From the NCBI GenBank assembly GCA_944392815.1, contig CALXXY010000005.1, positions 1-47,306 of the forward strand: 47,306 nt of DNA, given 5' to 3'. The stretch's first letter is position 1. Each line of letters begins with the position of its first letter. The stretch is from an uncultured Alphaproteobacteria bacterium (GTDB lineage Bacteria > Pseudomonadota > Alphaproteobacteria > Rs-D84). The notes under the pieces were generated by a model. That model made no database searches, had not been told where the DNA came from, and saw nothing but the letters and a program-made list of their open reading frames with translations. Positions 1 to 9,257 of this stretch are shown here, piece by piece. The position numbers and the translations under genes are program-made.

Positions 1-3
1 CTT

Positions 4-77
4 TGGGGTGTCGTCTAATGGTAGGACAAGAGATTTTGGTTCTCTTTATCATGGTTCGAATCCGTGCGCCCCAACCA
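4..77 (+). tRNA. tRNA-Gln (anticodon TTG)
   Basis: Acceptor stem TGGGGTG/CGCCCCA, anticodon arm AGAGA-TTTTGGT-TCTCT, GGTTCGAATCC T-arm, encoded CCA at 75-77. Confidence 0.96.
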
Positions 78-83
78 AAAATT

Positions 84-105
84 AAAACGCCCGTGTGGCG
101 TTTTT
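84..105 (+). terminator. Intrinsic terminator after tRNA-Gln
   Basis: AAAACGCC-CGTGT-GGCGTTTTT hairpin followed by T tract. Confidence 0.75.
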
Positions 106-110
106 ATTTT

Positions 111-282
111 TGGTTTGTGGCCACGGTTCGCGACCCGCAACGAACGTTGCCGGTTCGAAAACAAGTAGGCGAGATAAGCGATAGCGCAGTCGAGCCGTCA
201 CGGTTTCCCCGCAGCCGGCGCAACGCGCCGTGCGAGGGAATCCGGTGCGCCGCGCCATATCACCCAAGCCGAATCCAAACCA
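111..282. other. Structured GC-rich intergenic element with a tRNA-3'-like segment (possible ncRNA or small repeat)
   Basis: Closing pair TGGTTTG(111)/CAAACCA(276); hairpins at 137-150 and 205-240; GAATCCGGTGCGCC (238-251) resembles tRNA-Gln 58-70. Confidence 0.35.
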
Positions 283-421
283 AAGTTAGCAATCGGCACG
301 AAATCGCGCAAAAATATGCTGGATTTCTGGGAAAATAATTATTTTGTTGCGTGCCGAAAAAATGGTTGGTTTGAATTCGGTATTGTGATAAAATTACGTG
401 TGTAATCCTGGGAAATACGAG

Positions 422-1357
422 ATGAGAAAAATTTTACCAATTATCCTTTGTTTGGCCGCGTGTCCGGCGTTTGCGGACGCTGTGGCATTGGAAAACGCAT
501 TGCGTGCAACGTATATGGCATGCATTGGAATCAACGACGAATTATCTGGATTGAAAACCATGGCGGGAATTAATACCGCGGTGACCAGTGTCGGCACAGC
601 GGCTGGCGCAGGTGCAACCATTGTCGGTATCGTTAAATCGTCCAAAGATGCCAAGGCCGAACAATTGGAGGAAATACTGGAAGAAATTCGCAGAAAGCAA
701 CAAAATCTGTCGCCCATGACGGAATTGGACGTGACGGTTTTCCTGAACGAATTTAACAGCGGTTATGAAGCCATTCTGCACGGCACGGACGAAGTTGCAT
801 CTGAATTGGAAAAAACGACCAAGCAATCGAAATCATTGGGCAATTGGCGCACTGGATTATTGGCAACCAGCAGTGCGACCAACGTTGCCGGCGCGATTAT
901 TGCCGGCACCAACCGCATTCGTGGTGATTTACAATCCCAGTTGGACAGTTGTGTGGCCACAGTAGACAATCTGCGCGACGCCATTATGCAGGCGCGTCTG
1001 GACGGATATGACGTGACCGAGGCCCAGGAAATCGCCAGCGCATGCGGCGAATTTGAATACGCAGATATTTCCAGCGTTAACAATCGAGGAACTGGGGCCG
1101 CAATTTCATCGGGTGTTGGGGCGGCAACTGGTTTGGTGGGAACCATATTATCGGCCACCGCCAACAGCGATCGCACACGCAACGATAACACTGACGATGG
1201 CAAACAGCGCGAGAAAAATTTAAACACTGCGTCAAACGTTTTGGCGGGTGCGACAACGGCTGCGTCTGCGACGGCGACCGTGTTTAATGCAACACAAATT
1301 AATGCAATTCGACGGGTATCTGAAATAGCCGAAAAATGCACGGGGGTATTAAAATGA
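422..1357 (+). CDS. Exported helical protein with four Gly/Ala/Thr-rich hydrophobic helices and an internal two-fold repeat
   Basis: ATG at 422 gives a signal peptide MRKILPIILCLAACPAFA; coiled-coil and hydrophobic segments alternate; ATGA overlap with the next gene. Confidence 0.85.
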   Translation: MRKILPIILCLAACPAFADAVALENALRATYMACIGINDELSGLKTMAGINTAVTSVGTAAGAGATIVGIVKSSKDAKAEQLEEILEEIRRKQQNLSPMTELDVTVFLNEFNSGYEAILHGTDEVASELEKTTKQSKSLGNWRTGLLATSSATNVAGAIIAGTNRIRGDLQSQLDSCVATVDNLRDAIMQARLDGYDVTEAQEIASACGEFEYADISSVNNRGTGAAISSGVGAATGLVGTILSATANSDRTRNDNTDDGKQREKNLNTASNVLAGATTAASATATVFNATQINAIRRVSEIAEKCTGVLK

Positions 1358-4353
1358 AAAAACTGATTGCAATATTTGCATGTTTATTTTGTATTACGCC
1401 CGCGTTGGCTGAAACATACCTGCGGGTCGAAACGGATCAGTTATACACAATTGGCAAACAATATTTTCCAGACGCCAATAACCTGGCGTTGATGTTAAGT
1501 GAATATAGCGCACAACTGGACGCCACAGGGAACCAGGGTGTTAGCGCAACTGGCATGTGGGCGGTATGTCTGGCCGGCAATATTGATATCAAAACCAGTG
1601 CCGGCAAACAGCAATGTACCGCGTTTACCAATTCGTTAATGATGTTTGCGGATACAGAATACTATGCAGTATGCGATGGCGCCGAATACAACAAAATCCC
1701 GGCCGAGGTTAGGGAAAAATCCGTATGCGAACGCGATTTCTTTAACTGGACAAATGTGCAATTGGCGTCCGCCATCACATTGGCCCAGGAATACGCCCGT
1801 ATTAAATACAATGATTCTATTATTTGTTCGCAAAAATATAGCCAACGTGAAAATGACGATTGGGTAAAATGTAAATCGACCACCAGTGGCGCATTTTATG
1901 AATTCAAATTCGACAATGTGCGCGAATCCATTGATAACAAAATTCAAAAGGATATATCCACCGCGCTGTGCAGAATGCACACCGGGGGATCAGGTATAGA
2001 TTCTGGACAATTGGGACAATGGGCGGGCACCTATGAAAAAACCTGTGTGGTCGATAATGCCGAACAATGCGATAAAATTGCCGAAAGTGCAAAATTATTC
2101 GGCGCCACCACAGAATTTGGCGAAAATGAAGTATGCTATATTAAATTCAAGGCAGTAGAAGACGCCAGCGAACTGCGCACCGCGTGCGGCATTAACAATT
2201 TTGAATTTTGCCGCGGAATTCAGGCAAATACCAATTTATCCATGATTGACGCGCTGAAACAATATACCGGAAACAAATGCGGTGTCAGCCCCGCCATGAT
2301 TACATGCGACAATTCATTTAACACATATCGTGGTGCCGGTTGTGCTGTGACAACATTTAATCCCAAAGATGACATTATCACATGTTATTACAACGGCCAG
2401 CCAATTGATTATGTGTTCGATGACGTGAACGAGGCCTGGAAAAAATACGCCAATGCCGCCGAACAGGCAATGATGTGCATAAATGCGGACGGCACATTTG
2501 ATGGGAAACATTGTGTTGCCCTGGGCGAGGCGATGTGTGAAGAACTGAAGGCGCAAAATGAAGTATCATGTCCCATGTGCCAGGATATCATTTGGGACGA
2601 CGACAATGATCTGTGCATTTTGCCGGATTCCAGATCCGCAACACGTTTGCAAAACGGTGTAAAAATTGCCACAGTCGCGGGGACCGTTGTGGTTGCCGTG
2701 GCGGCGACTGTACTGACGGCCGGCACCGGCGCGGTTGCCATAGCCGGTTCCGTTTTGGTGGGTGTTGGTGGCGCGGGCGTTATAACGGCCGAAGCCGTCA
2801 TGACATACGGCCCATTTGACAAGTTTGTGAAAAAAGCGCAACAATGTTTTCTGGATAACGATGTCGCATGCGCCGAGGATTTACTTATGACCGAACTGAA
2901 CCGCATGCAGGGATATAAAGAGGAACTCACCGCAGCCCAGCAGCGGGGACTGGACGATATATTCGTGCGGCTGGTTGAAATGTTGCCAGATGATTCAAAA
3001 TTCTGGACCGAGTTCTTTGGCAATCCGGAATTTTTTGACTGCGATGAATCCGGCAATAATTGCGCGGTTAAATCACCCACGCAATTCTGGCAGGTTGCGC
3101 GCACTGTTGGCAACGTTATGATGATGGTGGGCGGGCTGGTAAACGTTGCCAATAATTATACGCAAATGGTACAACTGCGGGACGCTGTTCCTGCCCGTGT
3201 TAGCGACAATTTGAACAAAAGCGGATTATTGCATAATGTTAATGTGACTGGCACTCCTGGGACGGCTGTAAGTAATACATGGCTGCGATCAATAGCCGGT
3301 ATAAACGGTTGGCCCGCCAATATAACAAATTCGCAACTGGTGCAACAGTTGGGATTATCAGTTGGCGACAGAATTTGGTTTACGCCCGCTGGCAGAATGT
3401 TGACCGGGGTATCCGCCACCGCCGCACAAAATCTGGGGGCGTCCATTGTCGCAGACGTCGTTGCCGGTGGGAATTTGGTATTCCATAATCTGGAGGATTC
3501 TGATGCGCTGGTTATATCGCGCCCGGGCGGCGATAATGCGCCTGGGTTGCCGATTTTGGACGATGATATTGAAATTCCAGATGACGATATCATTGCCGAT
3601 GACCAAATCGATGTTGGTGATAATCAGCCGATTGTTTCGCCAATTCCAACGCCAGATCCAATTCCTGTGCCAACGTTGCCGGTGTTATCTGACGATATCG
3701 ATATACCTGATATGGATTTGAACTTTGATGACAAAATCGATGTCGGTGACACGCGTTTGTCTGTCGACAAACGGACATATACCGAAACGTCCGAACACAA
3801 TGTCGAACGCAAAAATAATGCTGGACTGATTGCGGCGGCGGCTGTGGTCGGCGCGGTTGGTACAGGTGCATTGATTGGCGCGTTGGTTGCTGGTGGCGAC
3901 GATGACGACGAAGCGCAACAAACGCCACAGCAAAGCGAATTTGAAATCGCGCTGGGTGCAATACTGGACAAAGCAAACGGTGTTGTCGGACGTGTGCAAT
4001 TGCAAATTGTGACGCTGGCCAAACTGTTGACCACGGGCGGTTCGTATGCCCCAATCGTGAACGTCAATGGAAATGCCGTGGTGGTGGCAATTTATCAGGG
4101 TCAATATTATCCGTACTATCTGGACGCGAATACCAATCGTTGGACCGCGTTGCACAGCATAGACCAAACCACAGGCCAGATTCAGCCGTACAGTCCATAT
4201 CCAACCGGGAATGCGGTTATTGACGGTATAGGGAACGTGCTGGATACGGAATTAACCCCGAACATTATCCGCCAGGTATTGGTGCAAAATTCGTTGGGGG
4301 TTGGATTCCCCGCACCTGCGGCCAGTGCGTATATGATTATCAACGGGCATTAA
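1354..4353 (+). CDS. Large (999 aa) exported Cys-rich multidomain protein with long hydrophobic segments
   Basis: GGGGGT RBS-like motif, ATG at 1354, signal peptide MKKLIAIFACLFCITPALA; Cys-rich N-half, hydrophobic hairpin, acidic/Pro linker, second TM-like segment; terminator follows. Confidence 0.9.
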   Translation: MKKLIAIFACLFCITPALAETYLRVETDQLYTIGKQYFPDANNLALMLSEYSAQLDATGNQGVSATGMWAVCLAGNIDIKTSAGKQQCTAFTNSLMMFADTEYYAVCDGAEYNKIPAEVREKSVCERDFFNWTNVQLASAITLAQEYARIKYNDSIICSQKYSQRENDDWVKCKSTTSGAFYEFKFDNVRESIDNKIQKDISTALCRMHTGGSGIDSGQLGQWAGTYEKTCVVDNAEQCDKIAESAKLFGATTEFGENEVCYIKFKAVEDASELRTACGINNFEFCRGIQANTNLSMIDALKQYTGNKCGVSPAMITCDNSFNTYRGAGCAVTTFNPKDDIITCYYNGQPIDYVFDDVNEAWKKYANAAEQAMMCINADGTFDGKHCVALGEAMCEELKAQNEVSCPMCQDIIWDDDNDLCILPDSRSATRLQNGVKIATVAGTVVVAVAATVLTAGTGAVAIAGSVLVGVGGAGVITAEAVMTYGPFDKFVKKAQQCFLDNDVACAEDLLMTELNRMQGYKEELTAAQQRGLDDIFVRLVEMLPDDSKFWTEFFGNPEFFDCDESGNNCAVKSPTQFWQVARTVGNVMMMVGGLVNVANNYTQMVQLRDAVPARVSDNLNKSGLLHNVNVTGTPGTAVSNTWLRSIAGINGWPANITNSQLVQQLGLSVGDRIWFTPAGRMLTGVSATAAQNLGASIVADVVAGGNLVFHNLEDSDALVISRPGGDNAPGLPILDDDIEIPDDDIIADDQIDVGDNQPIVSPIPTPDPIPVPTLPVLSDDIDIPDMDLNFDDKIDVGDTRLSVDKRTYTETSEHNVERKNNAGLIAAAAVVGAVGTGALIGALVAGGDDDDEAQQTPQQSEFEIALGAILDKANGVVGRVQLQIVTLAKLLTTGGSYAPIVNVNGNAVVVAIYQGQYYPYYLDANTNRWTALHSIDQTTGQIQPYSPYPTGNAVIDGIGNVLDTELTPNIIRQVLVQNSLGVGFPAPAASAYMIINGH
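3547..3750 (+). repeat. Intragenic duplicated 25-codon acidic unit (3547-3621 and 3676-3750)
   Basis: LPILDDDIEIPDDDIIADDQIDVGD vs LPVLSDDIDIPDMDLNFDDKIDVGD, separated by a Pro-rich linker. Confidence 0.8.
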
Positions 4354-4354
4354 T

Positions 4355-4382
4355 AAAAACCACCCATTCGGGTGGTTTTTTT
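4355..4382 (+). terminator. Intrinsic terminator
   Basis: AAAAACCACCC-ATTC-GGGTGGTTTTTTT. Confidence 0.85.
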
Positions 4383-4422
4383 ATTTGATTTGATATAAAT
4401 AATTGATAATATATTCGGGATT

Positions 4423-4497
4423 GGTCCCATCGTCTAGCGGTTAGGACATCGGATTCTCATTCCGGCAACACGGGTTCGATTCCCGTTGGGACTGCCA
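4423..4497 (+). tRNA. tRNA-Glu (anticodon CTC)
   Basis: GGTCCCA/TGGGACT acceptor stem, TCGGA-TTCTCAT-TCCGG anticodon arm, GGTTCGATTCC T-arm, CCA end. Confidence 0.96.
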
Positions 4498-4511
4498 ATT
4501 TATAACAAATG

Positions 4512-4557
4512 AACCCTAGCAAAAAATCCGCCATTTGGCGGATTTTTTGTTAGGGTT
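4512..4557. terminator. Long hairpin, likely bidirectional terminator
   Basis: AACCCTAGCAAAAAATCCGCCA-TT-TGGCGGATTTTTTGTTAGGGTT. Confidence 0.8.
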
Positions 4558-4586
4558 TTGTACACCAGTATATCAGAAATTATATC

Positions 4587-4694
4587 TGTGGACAATGCCG
4601 CATCAGACAAGAAATCATATTTCACTGCTGCGCGGATTTCCGGGCGAACCAACACTGATTCAGACGGTGTGTAATTGAACGCATATTTTGCACC
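4587..4694 (-). pseudogene. Possible remnant of an autotransporter/outer-membrane beta-barrel gene
   Basis: Translates as GAKYAFNYTPSESVLVRPEIRAAVKYDFLSDAALST, an amphipathic beta-hairpin pattern typical of autotransporter barrels; no start or C-terminus. Confidence 0.4.
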
Positions 4695-4830
4695 GCTGTT
4701 GTAGGAATTGTGACATTCCTGAATCACCACAGTCCCCCATGGGATTCATGAAAAAGGTTGGTATGCGCACATTTAAAAAGCAAGCAAAAAAACACCGCAT
4801 GCAAAATTAATTGTGAATGCAGGGCTGGGT

Positions 4831-4910
4831 TTGACACGCGGCAAATGCATATGTATACTGCGGTGAAAGAAATCAATTATGTTGACGATATACATTATTT
4901 GTACTATATT
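4831..4910 (+). promoter_or_regulatory. Tandem sigma70-like promoters
   Basis: TTGACA-17-TATACT (4831-4859) and TTGACG-17-TATATT (4882-4910). Confidence 0.7.
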
Positions 4911-4935
4911 AGCATTGATAAAAGGAAAAAGCAGT

Positions 4936-5538
4936 ATGTCTGAAAATAAATCTGAAAGCAAATTTGGTATTGCCGGCGAAAGTTTTACTGTGGCCGCTGT
5001 GCTGGTGGCGGTGCCGACGGTGGTGTTCTTTTTGCCTGTATTGAATTATAACGTGCCGCACAATGGGCGCGAATTGGAACGCGAGCAAAATAATCTGTAT
5101 CACGCAACCCAGGATTATTACGCTGCATATGACAACGCGGTGGAACACTGTCGTGATACCCTGGGCCAGGATTCGACATACATGGGGTTAATCCAGCAAC
5201 TGTACGACATGCAGGACGCCGGGTACAATCCTGAAAACAGCAAAACATACGCGTCTTTGCAGTTGCGCGCGGATTCTGTGGCCAGCAATTTGTGCAGTGA
5301 ATATATTGCAAAAAACAAAGATTTAAATTTTGCCAAACAATGGCGTGCGGCCGTGGCAAATCGTGTGGCTGAATTACAGCGCGACAGTGTTATTCGCGAT
5401 TCCATCGTGCGCCAGCCATTTAACACACGATTTACAAACAACTGGCGGCAAATGCGCACTGATTTTCACAGCACTATGGCGCGATATCACAACAACCGCA
5501 TAGCCACGCTGCAAAATAAAAAATTAAAACAAAGATAA
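4936..5538 (+). CDS. Hypothetical N-terminally anchored helical protein (paralog of next gene)
   Basis: AAAGGA RBS before ATG 4936; one TM segment; shares RDS..DS....P....NW......YH..RI..LQ motif with 5544-5945. Confidence 0.85.
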   Translation: MSENKSESKFGIAGESFTVAAVLVAVPTVVFFLPVLNYNVPHNGRELEREQNNLYHATQDYYAAYDNAVEHCRDTLGQDSTYMGLIQQLYDMQDAGYNPENSKTYASLQLRADSVASNLCSEYIAKNKDLNFAKQWRAAVANRVAELQRDSVIRDSIVRQPFNTRFTNNWRQMRTDFHSTMARYHNNRIATLQNKKLKQR

Positions 5539-5543
5539 ATGCA

Positions 5544-5945
5544 ATGTCTGAAAATACAAAATTTGATCCTGTGATGTTTATTGGTTTTGCTGTGTTGATT
5601 ATGATGTTCACCCTGACGGGATTGGCGTCATACAAAACACCGTATTACAACAAATACACTATGGACAGGGCCCGCGCGAAATACAATTCTGCGTTGCGCG
5701 ATTATCATGCGGCGATGACGGCGGGTGACAGTATTCACCTGGCCGATGCTGCGCGTGAAATGAATGCACGTCGCGATAAATTAAATCAATTGGTGCGCGA
5801 CAGTATTTGTGCTGATTCCGTTGCAAAAATCCCCCAGATGAAATTGTATCGTGCGAACTGGGACAAAATATGTCACGATTGGCGCGACGCGCGTATACGT
5901 CACCATCAAAAACGAATTGTAAAATTACAACAAAAACAAAAATAA
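5544..5945 (+). CDS. Hypothetical N-terminally anchored helical protein (paralog of previous gene)
   Basis: Begins MSEN like the previous gene; one TM segment; aligned C-terminal motif. Confidence 0.85.
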   Translation: MSENTKFDPVMFIGFAVLIMMFTLTGLASYKTPYYNKYTMDRARAKYNSALRDYHAAMTAGDSIHLADAAREMNARRDKLNQLVRDSICADSVAKIPQMKLYRANWDKICHDWRDARIRHHQKRIVKLQQKQK

Positions 5946-5969
5946 AACGCGCCGTTGGCGCGTTTTATT
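5941..5969. terminator. Bidirectional terminator
   Basis: AATAAAACGCGCC-GTT-GGCGCGTTTTATT between convergent genes. Confidence 0.8.
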
Positions 5970-6351
5970 ATGAATTTTTCAATAAATCACGCGCGCGTTC
6001 CAACAAACTGATTGCGTGCGCCAGGTGTGCGTTATCCGGCGCCGGTGCAGTCGTCGTGGTCGTGGGGCGCACGTCCGACATATCGCGCACAAATTCATCG
6101 GCAGATGTCGGAAAATTACCATCACGCAATAATTTTTTCACGCCCGCTATGGTCAATCCGTGTTTGTACAACAAATCACGAATTACAACCAATCTGTCGA
6201 CTGTTTCCGCGCGATAATAACGACGGCCGCCCGCCCCTGTTGTGGGACGAATCGCAATTGGGAACTGTTTTTCCCAATAACGCAGGGTATGTGCCGGCAC
6301 AGACAAACGTTTTGATACTTCGTTAATCGATGCAAAATATTCATTATCCAT
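5968..6351 (-). CDS. MerR-family HTH transcriptional regulator
   Basis: SINEVSKRLSVPAHTLRYWEKQF...GGRRYYR...LLYKHGLTIAGVKKLL, typical of the alphaproteobacterial MerR-like family. Confidence 0.9.
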   Translation of the reverse strand: MDNEYFASINEVSKRLSVPAHTLRYWEKQFPIAIRPTTGAGGRRYYRAETVDRLVVIRDLLYKHGLTIAGVKKLLRDGNFPTSADEFVRDMSDVRPTTTTTAPAPDNAHLAHAISLLERARDLLKNS

Positions 6352-6374
6352 GCCGGTCCCCTGGGGTTGTTATA

Positions 6375-9125
6375 TTATTGTTGTTCGGTGGGGTGTTCTG
6401 CGGCCTCGGATTCAACCTCGGCTGCTTCGCCTTCGTCACTTAAAATCGAAATAGCGGACACCACGCGTTCGTTTTCGGCCGTGCGGAACAATGTCACACC
6501 CGCAGTGCTGCGGCCCGCTATGCGAACATCGCGCACAGGCGTACGAATGATTTTTCCGCCGTCCGTCACCATGATGATGTCGTTATCATCGGCCACTGGG
6601 AACGAACCAGCCACAGCCGTATTTTTCCCACCCAATTTGATATTGGTAAATCCACCACCACCACGATGTGTCGTGCGATATTCGTATGACGATGTGCGTT
6701 TACCAAATCCGTTTTCAGACACCGTCAGGATAAACTGTTCATTCGCAGCCATCTGCGCCATTTGTTCATCGGTCAGGGTCAATGTTGTGGTTTCTTCTTC
6801 GCCGTCGGATTCTTCTTCTATACCGGTGGCGGCACGACGTGCGGCGCGTGATTGTTTGATGTACGCAGCGCGAACGGACGCGTCTGATTCACCGTGGTTC
6901 AGCATGGCCATGCCGATGATTTTATCGTCTGAACCCAATGTCATGCCACGCACGCCGGTCGAATTGCGGCCCGCGAATACGCGAATTTCAGACACAGGGA
7001 ATCGTATGCAACGCCCGCGGTATGTTGCCAGAAATACGTCCTGGTCGTCTGTGCACGGCAAAACAGAAATCAAACTGTCGCCGTCGTCCAATTTCATGGC
7101 AATTTTTCCATTGGCACGAATTGAATCGAAATCAGACGTACGATTGCGGCGGACTGTGCCGGACGCAGTTGCGAACATCAGGAAATGTTCTTTGCCGGAC
7201 GCAGCGGCGGCGGCAACGTCTTCTTCGGGGACAGGTAATATCGCTGTGATTGTTTCGCCATTTTCCAACGGCAACAGGTTCACCAGTGGGCGACCCTTGG
7301 CGGCGGCAGCGGCCTCGGGCAATTTATAGGTTTTTAATTTATAGCATATCCCGCGGGACGAGAAAAATAACAACGGCGTATGCGTGTTGGCCACGAATAC
7401 CTGGATCACATAGTCGTCGTCCTTGGTCGTCATGGCGTTTCGACCCTTGCCCCCACGTTTTTGTGCGCGATATGTATCCAGTGACACACGTTTGATGTAT
7501 CCTGTGTTGGAAACGGTGATAACCATATCCTCGCGCGCGATTAAATCTTCGACATCGATATCGATTTCGGCGTCGGAAATTTCAGTGCGGCGTGGGCTGG
7601 CCCAATTGTCGCGAACCATTGTTGTTTCGTCACGAATGATTTGAATAATGCGTGCGTGACTGCCCAAAATGTCCAGTAAATCTTTTATCTGGGCACCCAA
7701 TTCCACCAAATCAGCGTGCAATTTATCGCGTTCCAACCCAGTCAGGCGGTGCAACTGCAATTCCAGAATTGCGCGGGCCTGGTCTTCGGACATATAAAAC
7801 ATGCCGTCTTTGTATTCTGTGTTCGGATCGTCAATTAATTGAATATAGTTTTCAATATCAGACGCGCGCCAACCACGGGAAATTAATGCGGTGCGGGCCT
7901 CGTCCGGGTTGGCACTGGATTTGATTAGTTCGATAACCTCGTCCAAATTGCCGACGGCAACAGACAGCCCCAACAACGTATGCGCACGATTGCGCGCACG
8001 GTTCAAATCAAATATGGTACGACGGCGAATAACCTCGCATCGGAAATCTATGAACGCGTCCAAAACGCCGCGAATATTGAACAACATCGGGCGGCCGCGA
8101 TTTAACGCCATCATGTTAACCGGGAAATTCGTCTGCATTTCCGTGTACTGGAATAAATGATTCAGCACAACATCGGGAATCGCATCGCGCTTTAATTCAA
8201 TGACGATACGCAGGCCTTCTTTGGACGATTCATCGCGGATTTCGGAAATACCCTCGATACGTTTATCCTTGCTGAGTTCCGCGATTTTCATAATCAATTG
8301 CGATTTATTAACCTGATACGGGATTTCATCAACAACAATCGCAGGGTGATCATGGAATGTTTCCATGTGCGTTTTTGCGCGAACTATGATTGAACCGCGC
8401 CCGGTTGTGTGCGCTTTGTACGCGCCGGCACGCCCCATGATAACCGCGCCCGTCGGGAAATCGGGGCCCGGGATTATGCCGAATAATTCATCGTCTGATA
8501 AATCAGGGTTATCCAATATCGCCAAAATACCATTGCAAATTTCACCCAGGTTATATGTCGGAACATTTGTCGCCATACCAACCGCAATACCAGAACCACC
8601 GTTTACCAAAAAATTCGGGAATTTTGTCGGCAACACAACAGGTTCCTGTAATGTACCGTCAAAGTTTGGTTGCCAATCAACAGTATCTTTGTCCAAATCG
8701 TCCATCATGGACGCGCCCAGTTTTGACAGGCGCGCTTCGGTATAACGCATGGCAGCGGCCTTGTCCCCGTCGCGCGAACCGAAATTACCCTGGCCCTGGA
8801 CCAACATTTCGCCCATGGAAAAATCCTGGCCCATACGGACCATGGCCTCGTATATAGAACTGTCGCCGTGGGGGTGATATTTACCCATAACGTCACCGAC
8901 AATACGTGCAGATTTTACAGTCGGTTTGGTCGCAGGCGCAACGTCGTTCATAACGTATAAAATACGTCTGTGTACCGGTTTGCAACCATCACGAACATCA
9001 GGCAACGCACGGTCGACAATAACCGACATGGCATAGTCCAAAAAACTCGTGCGCATTTCGTGTTCCAGCGACGATTGCGGGATTTTTATTTCGTTTATTT
9101 CATTTGTATTATTTGTTTCTGACAT
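6375..9125 (-). CDS. gyrA: DNA gyrase subunit A
   Basis: [37 protein letters not shown] catalytic Tyr, GyrA-box QKRGGKG, beta-pinwheel repeats. Confidence 0.98.
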   Translation of the reverse strand: MSETNNTNEINEIKIPQSSLEHEMRTSFLDYAMSVIVDRALPDVRDGCKPVHRRILYVMNDVAPATKPTVKSARIVGDVMGKYHPHGDSSIYEAMVRMGQDFSMGEMLVQGQGNFGSRDGDKAAAMRYTEARLSKLGASMMDDLDKDTVDWQPNFDGTLQEPVVLPTKFPNFLVNGGSGIAVGMATNVPTYNLGEICNGILAILDNPDLSDDELFGIIPGPDFPTGAVIMGRAGAYKAHTTGRGSIIVRAKTHMETFHDHPAIVVDEIPYQVNKSQLIMKIAELSKDKRIEGISEIRDESSKEGLRIVIELKRDAIPDVVLNHLFQYTEMQTNFPVNMMALNRGRPMLFNIRGVLDAFIDFRCEVIRRRTIFDLNRARNRAHTLLGLSVAVGNLDEVIELIKSSANPDEARTALISRGWRASDIENYIQLIDDPNTEYKDGMFYMSEDQARAILELQLHRLTGLERDKLHADLVELGAQIKDLLDILGSHARIIQIIRDETTMVRDNWASPRRTEISDAEIDIDVEDLIAREDMVITVSNTGYIKRVSLDTYRAQKRGGKGRNAMTTKDDDYVIQVFVANTHTPLLFFSSRGICYKLKTYKLPEAAAAAKGRPLVNLLPLENGETITAILPVPEEDVAAAAASGKEHFLMFATASGTVRRNRTSDFDSIRANGKIAMKLDDGDSLISVLPCTDDQDVFLATYRGRCIRFPVSEIRVFAGRNSTGVRGMTLGSDDKIIGMAMLNHGESDASVRAAYIKQSRAARRAATGIEEESDGEEETTTLTLTDEQMAQMAANEQFILTVSENGFGKRTSSYEYRTTHRGGGGFTNIKLGGKNTAVAGSFPVADDNDIIMVTDGGKIIRTPVRDVRIAGRSTAGVTLFRTAENERVVSAISILSDEGEAAEVESEAAEHPTEQQ

Positions 9126-9208
9126 ACTTGGTTTTCCCCTGTTTTTTAACAAATAAAGAATAGCAAATTTTTACGGTTTGGGTCAAGAAATAAACCCCAA
9201 AAAACGCA

Positions 9209-9236
9209 TTGACAAATCGTGTTTTTGTGGTATATT
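9209..9236 (+). promoter_or_regulatory. Sigma70-like promoter (divergent from gyrA)
   Basis: TTGACA-16-TATATT with TG extension. Confidence 0.65.
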
Positions 9237-9257
9237 TAGACACATAAAGGACAAAAC

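Noticed and set aside
3-338. 111-aa ORF at window start
   Set aside because: Overlaps tRNA-Gln and its terminator; spurious
78-4422. Integrative element or genomic island between the two tRNAs
   Set aside because: No integrase, no exact att duplication bounding the region, and no obvious compositional shift
6367-7329. 320-aa plus-strand ORF and similar long antisense ORFs (11654-12433, 14800-15813, 23270-24340, 38311-39009, 39706-40422)
   Set aside because: Antisense shadows of well-supported genes, with no RBS or family motifs
6375-9125. parC identity or quinolone-resistance allele
   Set aside because: The GyrA-box QKRGGKG is present, and the QRDR reads GDSSIYE with Ser and an acidic residue at the usual positions
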